64,000 nt of DNA. Source: Hyphomicrobiaceae bacterium. Lineage in GTDB: Bacteria > Pseudomonadota > Alphaproteobacteria > Rhizobiales > Hyphomicrobiaceae. The number at the start of each line of letters is the position of its first letter. Position 1 is the stretch's first letter. Both the position numbers and the translations under genes were made by a program. Below the pieces are notes generated by a model that searched no databases, was not told the origin of the DNA, and was given only the letters and a program-made list of their open reading frames with translations. The stretch lies in NCBI GenBank assembly GCA_965223255.1, contig CBDCWA010000004.1:1611514-1675513 (forward strand), written 5' to 3'. This document shows positions 17,436 through 26,491 of this stretch, one piece after another.

Positions 17436-17908
17436 TGCGATGCCAGCCGAATGATAAAGCTCTCAGTAGGAACAAGATCCGTATCAATCCGGCAAAGCCT
17501 TTCGGTTTGGTCAGCAAGATCATCCTGGAAGACGGTGATCGGAACGACGACCGGCACCAGCCATTCCCGCGCAGCAAATGCCTTAAGCCAGTCCCGCCGC
17601 TCCTCAGAGGCCTTTGTCGCGAGAATGGATTCCGCGTTATGCACAACGAGCCCGCCACGATTCGATTTCTTTTCGATGTACGCGGTCAGAGCCGATAGTG
17701 GAACCTGGCCGGCCTCCCATCCCAGGGGGAGAAGTTTTTCCGCCCGAAAGTCTATGAAGGTGAAGTCAAGAGCATTCGTCATGGCGCGTATTAACTCTGG
17801 CCGGTACTCGGGAAAAACGACGAAGAAACCTCCACGTCCAGCAGCCTGGGCAATCATCTCGGCAACCGGCCTTATCCAAGGTAATAGAGGCTCTCGAGAC
17901 TGCATCAT
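17432..17908 (-). CDS. hypothetical protein co-transcribed with the kinase
   Basis: The track ORF starts at 17962. I prefer ATG 17908 because it forms an ATGA start/stop overlap with the upstream ferredoxin gene. The stop overlaps the kinase start. I recognised no motif. Confidence 0.55.
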   Translation of the reverse strand: MMQSREPLLPWIRPVAEMIAQAAGRGGFFVVFPEYRPELIRAMTNALDFTFIDFRAEKLLPLGWEAGQVPLSALTAYIEKKSNRGGLVVHNAESILATKASEERRDWLKAFAAREWLVPVVVPITVFQDDLADQTERLCRIDTDLVPTESFIIRLASQ

Positions 17909-18993
17909 CGCAACACTTGAAACAGTTTGTCGTAATGCTGCGTCTTCAGGCAGATCCGACATCGCAACTCGGCCGATCCCTGGCTCTCAGGCATCAAAAA
18001 CACAGTTCCGCACGAGCGGCATTGCGCAGAATCAAGTTGAATGGATGTCGGGTCGCCGCGCTGCCAGGACTTGACGGCGACTGCATCAGTATCACAAACG
18101 TCAGCGCACAGCCTGCAGCCGGTGCAATGTGACGGAGCGATCTTGTAGGCGGGCCGGCCCGCGTGATCAGTCACAAGTGTGATTGCATGAGTTGGGCATA
18201 TGCGAATACAGGCATTGCACCCGACGCAGTTCGCAGTATCAATTTCGGGAAGATAGGGGTTCAAAGGCATCCCGCTTTCGCCGGCTGGAAGTCGCTCCGC
18301 TGCCGGAACCTGACGTTGTGTCTTCAAGTTGGAATCCACGTCCACCAACCTGCTAACGGCCACAAAAAAACCGCGCCGGGATGCACGCATCGTTGTTGAA
18401 CGTATAGTATGCCATTCGCCAGGTGTGTACTCAGTGATGCTGAATTCATCCATGCCTCGGTCCGCCCAGAGACGTTGGAGGTTGATAACCGCTTGATCAA
18501 ACTGATGACTCAAACCACGCTCGCAGCTCAGGCATGCTTCGCGGCTCACGATCAGCTGTCGCAAACCTTGTGCATATAGTTGAGCCAGTTCATCTATTCC
18601 GATCGAATTCAGGCAAGGTCGTACACCAGGTCCACCTTCTTCGACGGCGACGGAACAGGCAAACAGTCCAATCTTGTCATCGTCATAAGATCTCGCAGCG
18701 TTGGCCAGTGGCAATTCAATCGCAGTCTGCGGGCAGACCGGCACACAGATGCCACATCCATCGCAAGCTTGTTCGTCAAATCCGAGAGCATCCTCCTCTA
18801 AGACCCACGCGGCACGTGGACAAGCATCAACGCAGTCTTGGCAACTAGCGTTGGACACGATCGCATGAACGCAACGATCAGCATCAATAACTGGAAGGTC
18901 TGCGGGCAGATGCGACAGCTTATCGCTTCGCGGAAGGGCAAAGCTGCGTCCTGGCAACCCAGACTCAGTCGTGTCCGAACGATTCTTCGACAT
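17905..18993 (-). CDS. polyferredoxin-like protein (two 2x[4Fe-4S] dicluster domains + C-terminal CxxC...CxxC ribbon)
   Basis: Motifs are CQDCVDACP, CDGCGICVPVCP, CVGCNACIRICP, CTGCRLCADVCD, and CRSCG...CRIC. Start is either ATG 18993 (MSKNRS) or the upstream start at 19083. Confidence 0.75.
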   Translation of the reverse strand: MSKNRSDTTESGLPGRSFALPRSDKLSHLPADLPVIDADRCVHAIVSNASCQDCVDACPRAAWVLEEDALGFDEQACDGCGICVPVCPQTAIELPLANAARSYDDDKIGLFACSVAVEEGGPGVRPCLNSIGIDELAQLYAQGLRQLIVSREACLSCERGLSHQFDQAVINLQRLWADRGMDEFSITEYTPGEWHTIRSTTMRASRRGFFVAVSRLVDVDSNLKTQRQVPAAERLPAGESGMPLNPYLPEIDTANCVGCNACIRICPTHAITLVTDHAGRPAYKIAPSHCTGCRLCADVCDTDAVAVKSWQRGDPTSIQLDSAQCRSCGTVFLMPESQGSAELRCRICLKTQHYDKLFQVLR

Positions 18994-19148
18994 CACGTTA
19001 TCGCTTCCGGCGCCCGGTTGCCCTCGCTCGCGCTCGCTGCGCGCACCTACTCGCGTGGCAGCCGACCCGGCGGGCACGGGCACTTCCGACGATTATGAAA
19101 GACAGCTATTCCAACCCGAGAAACAGCCGCCACGACACGCTGTCGTGA

Positions 19149-19164
19149 TGCAACTCCTGTGCCA
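19149..19164 (-). promoter_or_regulatory. sigma-54 (-24/-12) promoter TGGCAC-AGGAG-TTGCA (minus strand)
   Basis: This is an exact consensus match on the minus strand. It lies 66-156 nt upstream of the polyferredoxin start candidates. Confidence 0.8.
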
Positions 19165-20049
19165 TCACCAATACTCTTTGGCGTCCTGTGTCGACGGCTC
19201 GGCAGATAGCCTTTCAGCGCCGTGACTTGGGCAGGAGGAGCACTGAGGCTGACAAATTGTCATGGGTCGGAGGCGCTGAATATGCCAGTCTGTCAGGTCT
19301 GCGCCAAGCATGTTTGATGCTAGTCTCGGATCGACCATATCGAGTGTCTGGAGTCTCTCCGAAAGAGGGGTCCAATAGATCGGTCTTAGCTATGCCCGAC
19401 AACTGGAGGGCAAATATTTGGGGGCAGACCAACCATCGGATATGCGACGACATTTTGCCGAGTTAGCGAAAGCTTCGCAGCAAGAACGCACGAGCTTCTG
19501 TGCTGCCCACTGAGAGCGGACATCACCCGGCGTGGGGCTGACATCGCGGTGGGGGCAAACGAGAAAGTCACACTGAAGCATTGGCTTACAGCCATGGATG
19601 GATGAGCTGGACCGATCGGTACAATTGTAGCTAATGTCCCACTTGGCGTTCAGGACCAGTTCCATCACCAGCAAGTGCCGGCAGTTAGTCTCGATTTGAT
19701 GAGAATTCCTCGTCAATATCGATGAGCCGGCGCCAGAGCATACAAGCGCGGTGCACGAACACGACGCCAGATCAGACACTTGCACTTCCTTTCCATACGG
19801 CCCCGGCACGCTTCTTTTGATCGAGTCGGGAATCAAATGCCATACGCATCGTAGGCTTTGCTCATGGAGCGCGGGCAGTCATGCCAAGTATTTGGCAAGA
19901 TTTGACGCACATCAAAAACTACGCGCAAGACTTGCATGGAACTTGCATGGAAAGAGCAAATTGCCTGCAGAAGTGGAGAGAGCCGTTGGTCCATGATGGT
20001 GATGTGCAGGCCCGTCGCAAAGGGACGGCTCATTTTAGGAGGAAGTAAG

Positions 20050-20346
20050 ATGGCTGCAATGTTCGCGCGAATCCGTACGCCTGTCGCGGGGAAGCACGTC
20101 GACGGTTATAAGTTCGCTCAGGAGCGGGCGAAGGCGATGAAGGATGTTTTGGGAATTGACCAAGAGGTCTATGTGCGCCTGGGTGGTCCGGTCGGCCAGG
20201 TGATTGCGGTCTCGAAGCACAACAGCATCGCCGAGATCGAGGAAGTGAAGAAGAAAGTGATTAAGGCAGACGGCGAGGGAAAGTTACCGACAGCGCCGGC
20301 GGGTACCTTCTCTGAGATCGTCGATCACGTCTGGCTGCAGGAATAA
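20050..20346 (+). CDS. small hypothetical protein (98 aa)
   Basis: AGGAGG lies 7 nt upstream of the ATG at 20050, which is internal to the track ORF 19936..20346. I recognised no motif. Confidence 0.55.
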   Translation: MAAMFARIRTPVAGKHVDGYKFAQERAKAMKDVLGIDQEVYVRLGGPVGQVIAVSKHNSIAEIEEVKKKVIKADGEGKLPTAPAGTFSEIVDHVWLQE

Positions 20347-20766
20347 GGCGGATCCGCAGTGGTCTGCGCGGCCCTACGTGGAATTCAAGAGGCATGTTAG
20401 GAGTGATCCCACCGTTATGGAGAGCGGGATCGGCGGTTGATATGCAGTGTGATCATCGGCTGAAGTGACCAATACTTTGGGGCTAGAAGCTGGTCGAAGC
20501 ACACGCGCACCGCGCAATACGCAAATGGCACAAACGTGCTATTCATAAAAACTGCCTTCGACATAAGACTTGTGCCCATGTGATCCGATTTGCGGCAGCG
20601 CTGCTTCCAGCGAAGGCTCCCGCAGTTCCCGGGGGCTCCGACATCACCTAACGCTGATCCGATAAGCCGTTCAGGGCAAGCAACGACATCTTGCTTGGCA
20701 GCGCCGTGACAGGATCACCTGAGACATAGCGCCTGGCTAGAGGGGTAAGCCGAGGGGTCGTTACGC

Positions 20767-20813
20767 AAAAAATAAACGCGGCCAGCGCTTGCGCCTCTGG
20801 CCGCGTTTATTTT
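20767..20813 (-). terminator. rho-independent terminator (bidirectional hairpin)
   Basis: AAAAAATAAACGCGGCCAG / CTGGCCGCGTTTATTTT is a perfect ~16-bp stem with an 11-nt loop. A and T runs flank both sides. It lies directly downstream of the OmpW-like gene. Confidence 0.8.
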
Positions 20814-20830
20814 GAATGGATCTTAAGCTC

Positions 20831-21538
20831 CTACTTCAAAGGTTCATAAGCCGGTGCGGATCGCCGACCGAACAAGTTGAATCGGTAACCGATGTTCGCC
20901 GAAAAAATCCATGGATCGAGATCAACGTCGGCGGTGAAGGCGGATCCTACCCAGCTGGCATCGGCATCGAGCCAGGTCTTCTTAACGTCCGCGTTGAGGT
21001 ACCAGCCATCACCAATTGGAACGTCGATACCCACCTGGAGCGTAAAGCCGAAAGCGTTATCGATGCTCAATGTGGGATTCCCGGCCAAGTTGCTCCGGCC
21101 CTCAGCGAAGAAGGCGATATATTGGACACCTGCACCGACGTAAGGCTTGATCCGGCCCATGTTGGTGAAGTGGTATTGCAGCGTTATAGCTGGTGGGAAG
21201 ATCCAGGTATCGCCCAGGTTTATGCCATTAAGCACGCCTTTGCCGTCAACGTTGTGTTTGGCGAAGCAGCAGAAGAGTTCCAGGGCAAGATTCGGGCTGA
21301 CGAAATATGTGAGTGTCGCTGAGGGGATGACCTCCGTGCTGACCTCTGCGTCAGCGCCCGCTACGGGTACGCCACCTGAAAACACATCGGCACTCGAGTC
21401 CGGATGGACAACGCTGGCACCCAACCGGATCATGAAGTCACCGTTGTAATCACCGGCCGCCACCCGCTGATCCGACACAGCTATAGCGCACAGCGAAAGC
21501 GCCAGCGCAGCGGTTAGCATCTTAAGTTGTCGTAACAT
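20831..21538 (-). CDS. ompW: OmpW-family outer membrane beta-barrel protein
   Basis: It has a signal peptide (LTAALALSLCAIAVS), alternating beta-strand pattern and a GYRF-type terminal strand. Size is typical of OmpW. Confidence 0.75.
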   Translation of the reverse strand: MLRQLKMLTAALALSLCAIAVSDQRVAAGDYNGDFMIRLGASVVHPDSSADVFSGGVPVAGADAEVSTEVIPSATLTYFVSPNLALELFCCFAKHNVDGKGVLNGINLGDTWIFPPAITLQYHFTNMGRIKPYVGAGVQYIAFFAEGRSNLAGNPTLSIDNAFGFTLQVGIDVPIGDGWYLNADVKKTWLDADASWVGSAFTADVDLDPWIFSANIGYRFNLFGRRSAPAYEPLK

Positions 21539-21896
21539 TTTGGCCCCTCGAAAAGAAAAGAATTTCTGGACAAGAGGTTTGCTGATTCGCGAGGGCGGGC
21601 CAATATCCGGGATGCCACAGGCAGGGCGGAAAGGTCATAACACCTGCCAGGCCGATGAGGCTTACTGATTTGGACCACCCATAGCCCGGCGCTGGGCTGG
21701 TGCCGGCATTAGGCGTGCTCCGGCCATCGACTCGATGGTCCCAGTTGTGGAGAGTCGAACGTTTCAAGTCTTGGCGCAATAAGGCAACAAACCGACCCAA
21801 TATTATAGGGCTGATGCTCCATACACCGGAGGAATCAAAGCTGTAGGAACTCTATGCGGCACTGATCGTTCAACCGTGTGGTCACCCTAAAAGGAA

Positions 21897-22586
21897 TCAC
21901 GCCGCGACCAGTTCTTTAGCTCCTTCCACGCCGAGATTGTCGCGCAGCGTTCTTACGGTCGCCTCGGAGCGGAACACATTGCGCTTCTGCAGGATCGGCA
22001 CGACGTAGTCAACGAAATCATCAAGACCGGTTGGGAAGCAGCCGATCATTAGGTTGAATCCATCGGCCGCGCCGTCGCGCCACTGCGCCTCGACGAGATC
22101 GGCCACCTGCTCGGGCGTACCGACCAACTGCCGATGGCCGCCGACATTGTGGTATACTATTTTACGTACTGTCAGCTTTTCCACTGTCGCCAACCGGAGA
22201 GCTGCTGCCCGGACTCCTTCGGATGCGCTGAACTGATCGTTGGCGAGGGTCTTGTCGACTGGCATCGGCTCGTCAAACTTCAGGTCTTCAACCTTGCAAC
22301 CAACACGGCGTGCAAGCTTTTTCAACTCCGCCTGGCCGCCCAGTTCATCGAGCTTTTCCTTGCGCGCCCGGGCCTCCGCCTCCGTAGAGCCGATCACGGA
22401 CATCAGTCCTGGCAGAACCTTTATCCGGTCTGGATCACGACCAAATCTGGCGGCATGCCTGCGGATATCGGTGCAGAACTCCGTCGCCGCGTCTGTCGTG
22501 TTCTGCGCCGTAAACACGACGTCGGCGATGCGCGCAGCCAGATTGCGGCCCAGACCACACGAACCGTCGGCCACGAAGGGCATCAC
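21897..22586 (-). pseudogene. C-terminal half of an NtaA/SnaA/DszA-type flavin-dependent (LLM) monooxygenase; N-terminal half absent
   Basis: The 229-aa ORF matches only the distal half of a ~440-aa family. Only ~200 nt of non-coding DNA separates it from the next gene. Confidence 0.5.
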
Positions 22587-22785
22587 TATGCGGTTAAGGG
22601 GCCACTGACATTGCCTCGGACGCCACTGGGCCGCACACTTCTGTTCCAGGCCCTTTGTTAAGAGTCTTGACTTGTATCAAGTCGATGGTTTGCTCATCGC
22701 CATCGGAGGATTGACCCAAAATTAGTCGGCCTAAGCCTCTAACGTGTGAACAAGTCTCGGTCCTGGGCAAGCCTCTGGAGCCACA

Positions 22786-23625
22786 CTAACTGACGGGATC
22801 CGGGTCGCGCACGGTCACCCGCCGCATCATACGGCGCTTGTCCGGTGAAAAGTACGTCCGCGCGTGTATCGAGCAGCGATTGTCCCACATCATCATGTCG
22901 CCAACCGTCCAGACATGTTCGTAGACGAACTCAGGGCTCTCGATGTGATCAAACAGATAGTTGAGTATTTCGTCGCTCTCTTGGCGAGCCAAGCCATCAA
23001 TCGACAGCGTCATGAGGCGATTAACGAAGAGTGCCTTTCTGCCGGTCTCCGGGTGCGTGCGAACGATGGGGTGGACCCAATGCGGTGCTTCTGTGTTGAT
23101 CTCGTCCGGCCGGAGCGTTGGATTGCCGCTATAATCGTAGTAATTCAGCGCTCTTAGACCCTCCAATCGCCTCTTCCAATCTACGGACAAAGCGTCATAA
23201 GCCATGGCACAATTTGCAAATAACGTATTTCCCCCTTCATCCGGCACTTCAATCGCGTATAGCGTTGCCCCAAGGCAGGGGTGTTCGTAGTAGCACTGGT
23301 CGTAGTGGAACATCATCTCGCCGTCCTCGAGCGCGGTAGGCCGGCCAGTGTCGTTGGCATTGGTGATCATCATCACGGCAGGATGGTCTCCACCGACAGC
23401 CTGGCCGGTTCGGACGAGTTCCAAGTCTCCGAAATAGCGGCAGAACCGTTCTTGATCGTCCTCCGTGAGATCTTGCCCCGGAAATAAGATGATCACGTTG
23501 TCGAGCAGAGCCTGCTTAATCTCACGAACCGCCTCCTGGTCTAGGTCATGGCCGAGATCGACACCTTCAATTCGGGCACCGAGCGCGTCCGAGAGCCTGT
23601 CAAAGGTGATCCGTCGCCTATTCAT
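22786..23625 (-). CDS. TauD/TfdA-family Fe(II)/2-oxoglutarate dioxygenase
   Basis: It has an HxD motif (FHYDQ) and the distal WDNRCSIHAR motif. I prefer the start at MNRRR (23625). Confidence 0.8.
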   Translation of the reverse strand: MNRRRITFDRLSDALGARIEGVDLGHDLDQEAVREIKQALLDNVIILFPGQDLTEDDQERFCRYFGDLELVRTGQAVGGDHPAVMMITNANDTGRPTALEDGEMMFHYDQCYYEHPCLGATLYAIEVPDEGGNTLFANCAMAYDALSVDWKRRLEGLRALNYYDYSGNPTLRPDEINTEAPHWVHPIVRTHPETGRKALFVNRLMTLSIDGLARQESDEILNYLFDHIESPEFVYEHVWTVGDMMMWDNRCSIHARTYFSPDKRRMMRRVTVRDPDPVS

Positions 23626-23965
23626 GCCAAGCCCCTCTTCATGTGGTTCAACAGTCCGCGGTTCCAATTCCAGCAATCCTTCAAAAAGAACTACCAAATT
23701 CTCTGTGGTATGGCCCCTGAAGACGGGGCTATCGACAGAATTGCTGTGTCAGATTATGGCGCATAATGTCGTATTGCCGGCCCACAACGCACCGGCCGGC
23801 CTCCGCCCGATCCATCAACTGATAAGATACCTTGGTCGGTCGTACGTGTATCGCTTCCGCTTCCATTTGATCCGAATACATTCGCCAAAGTTTCACTCGC
23901 TGATCGGTCGCTTTTCGCAAGCTTTGCTGGCGCCGTCGATGGCTACATCTAGGCCAGGTAGTATT

Positions 23966-25144
23966 TCAGGCAGCCGGGCTGTAAGTTCGTCCAGCCTTCG
24001 TACCCGGAAGACTAGCGATCTGTGGATACACTTCTTCGGCAAACATCTTGATGTTCTTCACGGTCCGTTTGTGGTCCAGGAAGCCGGCCTGCATCATCAT
24101 AAGCAGATGATCGAAACCGCCGACACGCTCATACTGACGCTTGATCTGCTTGACGATAGAGTCGGGCGTGCCGTACATCATTGTCCCGGCTTCCCGGGCA
24201 TCCTCCATTTTCAAGCCGCGAACACTCTCGCTCCGTGAAGTGCGAGCCGATCCGGAGCCTTTTAAAGCCTCGACATTATAGGAGACAGGGACATAGCCTG
24301 GCGGATTACGGAACTGTGGCTCAACCTTCGCAGCGAGATACCATGCGAGCTCCCGGGCGCCTGCCTCTGCTTCCACTTCGGTATCCCCGACGTACATCAG
24401 CGGCATGAAGGCAACGCCTCCCCCGCCCGGTTGACCATTATCCTTGTAGTTCTCCCGATAGGCATCGAACAACTTCCGTGCCTGCTGATGGGGTTGCAAG
24501 AAGGTGGCAAATACGAAACCGGCCGCCGCCGCTCGCTTAACTGACTCGACATCACTCGATCCGGTGACCCAGACCGGTGGATGAGGAATCTGATAGGGCC
24601 GCGGCCATAGGTTCACCGATCGTTTATGCGTGAACTGCCCCTCGAAATTGAACGGGCCGGTTGTCGTTGTCCAAGCCTTCACACATAGGTCGACACCTTC
24701 CCACAGCCTACCAAGCGTTTGGGTTGGATTGGTGTTTGCTGCAAAAACCTCATAGGGCACACCGCGCACGAAACCCGCGTCAAGCCGGCCCCTGGAAATA
24801 CAGTCGACCATTGCCATCTCTTCCGCAATGCGGATGGGGTCGCCACGATTTGCAATTGGATTGCCGAGTATGCAAAGCCGCGCCTTCTTCGTCTCGCGCG
24901 CCAGTATCGCCAGCGACAAGGGCGCTGCCACATCGATGCACGTCGCGGTTTGATGGTGTTCATTGACCATCAAGTCCAGTCCAGCCTCATCAGCGATGAT
25001 GTATTCGTCCAGATACCGGTTGTAGAGATCCGCCCCAACCTTTGGGTCGAAGTGTTTGCTCGGTAGCGAGACGCGGATCGATGATACCTCCTCGAAAGGC
25101 GGCAAATGTGGGTAGGGCATTTCTGTGAAGTACCAAGCCCGCAT
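23966..25144 (-). CDS. luciferase-like (LLM class) flavin-dependent oxidoreductase
   Basis: The N-terminus MRAWYFTEMPYPHLP and the NEHH motif are typical of the LLM family. Length is 392 aa. Confidence 0.75.
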   Translation of the reverse strand: MRAWYFTEMPYPHLPPFEEVSSIRVSLPSKHFDPKVGADLYNRYLDEYIIADEAGLDLMVNEHHQTATCIDVAAPLSLAILARETKKARLCILGNPIANRGDPIRIAEEMAMVDCISRGRLDAGFVRGVPYEVFAANTNPTQTLGRLWEGVDLCVKAWTTTTGPFNFEGQFTHKRSVNLWPRPYQIPHPPVWVTGSSDVESVKRAAAAGFVFATFLQPHQQARKLFDAYRENYKDNGQPGGGGVAFMPLMYVGDTEVEAEAGARELAWYLAAKVEPQFRNPPGYVPVSYNVEALKGSGSARTSRSESVRGLKMEDAREAGTMMYGTPDSIVKQIKRQYERVGGFDHLLMMMQAGFLDHKRTVKNIKMFAEEVYPQIASLPGTKAGRTYSPAA

Positions 25145-25675
25145 CTATGCTTTTCCTCTAGGCGATACAGATTCCGTAACAATATGTTTCTAGCTGCGCC
25201 AGAATCATTGCCAGATTGATCTGGATCAAAGGGCGGCAATCGAGCGCGGTAAGGCAGCACTCATTGGACTTACGACAGCTCCTTAGACCCTGTCGTACAG
25301 ACGACTAACGCGGCCCAAAACTAGGCCGTGCCGGCTGGCTCCCGGCGTTGATGCAAACTGCTGGGCGACCAATTGAGCTCTAATCTAGCCAAGCAATATT
25401 GCACCGTGGATATTCGCGTAACCAACGTCTGGAACCGGTCAAACTCGGCCATCGCACTACGTCCCCGCCGAGGCTGCTCTAACTCCAAGAACAGACCAAA
25501 ACTAGCTGCGGCGTCGGAGATGCACCCTTGTTCTGAAATGAGGGGTAGAGCGGACATTGATTTGTGCGACGCCGATAACCGAGTTTGACCCTGAGCCGTG
25601 ATAAGATGTTCACAAAGATTTTCTGCCCCACCCGTTCTGGTTTCGAGAAGAACAACAGTCGATAGCAGCAATTCC

Positions 25676-26128
25676 CTATTTTGCTCTAGATTGCTTCAGA
25701 AGCAATTTTCCCGCCAGCTCTGAAACCACCCATTCTTCCACAATTTTCCCGTTCTCAAATCGGGTAACCACCATGTCTATCCATTGAACCTTCCTGTTGC
25801 TGGCAGGAATACCCATCATTTCTGCCTTATGGGTGCCGCCCAGTGTGCGCTGCCATATGGTGGTCTCATCCGCTTGTGCCAGGAATGCAATTTTCAGAAC
25901 CGTGATATCGGGAATCGCTGAGCGGAGTTGATTTGTCCATCGTTTGATATTTGTCCATCGTTTGATAAAGGTGTGCCCCCTAAATTCACTGTCTCCCGCA
26001 TGTGCGATGTAATCGTGTGAGAAAATTTCGTCCAAGAAATCCAAGTTTCCTTGAGTGAGTTGTTCAAGCCCGAATCTGATGTGCGCTTCTTTGTCCATAA
26101 TCGTCGTGTCCAACATAGCTCGTGGCAA
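25676..26128 (-). CDS. SnoaL-like / ester cyclase family protein
   Basis: 150 aa with a cone-like alpha+beta pattern (DYIAHAGD, VEEW). It contains an in-frame 6-aa duplication. Confidence 0.55.
   Translation of the reverse strand: MPRAMLDTTIMDKEAHIRFGLEQLTQGNLDFLDEIFSHDYIAHAGDSEFRGHTFIKRWTNIKRWTNQLRSAIPDITVLKIAFLAQADETTIWQRTLGGTHKAEMMGIPASNRKVQWIDMVVTRFENGKIVEEWVVSELAGKLLLKQSRAK
25931..25966. repeat. perfect 18-bp tandem duplication inside the CDS
   Basis: TTTGTCCATCGTTTGATA occurs twice in tandem. This gives IKRWTNIKRWTN in the protein. Confidence 0.9.
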
Positions 26129-26491
26129 GCAGTTCGTTGAATGCTGATTGTACAGATCACTTGGGCGACGGATCGGCGGGTCCGCGACGATTTCGCTGAA
26201 TTTTTCTCTGGCCTACGGGCTGATCGCAACGGAGGCAATCGCGGTAGCCATCGCCCTCGCACGTCATTTCGATGTCTCATTTGTCGGATAATCTCGTTGA
26301 TTGGCCCACTGCGTCGATCAGGTTGGCGATTACGATCGTCCGACGCTGGAAGTACCGCACCCGCGGTCCTGATCCGGAGCGCGATCGGCAGTTGCCGAAG
26401 ATTGAGCTGACATGCCCAGGGACGGGCGCTACTCACCTTCGCACCCACGTGAGACATCGCGTGATGACTCCTAAAAACGGAGACGCCAATC

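Noticed and set aside
19390-19836. 148-aa Cys-rich minus-strand ORF upstream of the regulatory operon.
   Set aside because: It has no RBS or recognisable fold and lies in a region without other coding signal. It could be real, but I cannot support it from the sequence alone.
19930-19951. 11-bp tandem duplicate ACTTGCATGGA x2 upstream of the 20050 gene.
   Set aside because: It is real in the sequence, but it is short, has only two copies and has no obvious partner motif. That is too little to interpret.
23205-23218. TGGCAC...TTGC on the plus strand inside the TauD-like gene.
   Set aside because: The spacer is 3 nt rather than 5. The site is antisense to a coding region, with no gene downstream.
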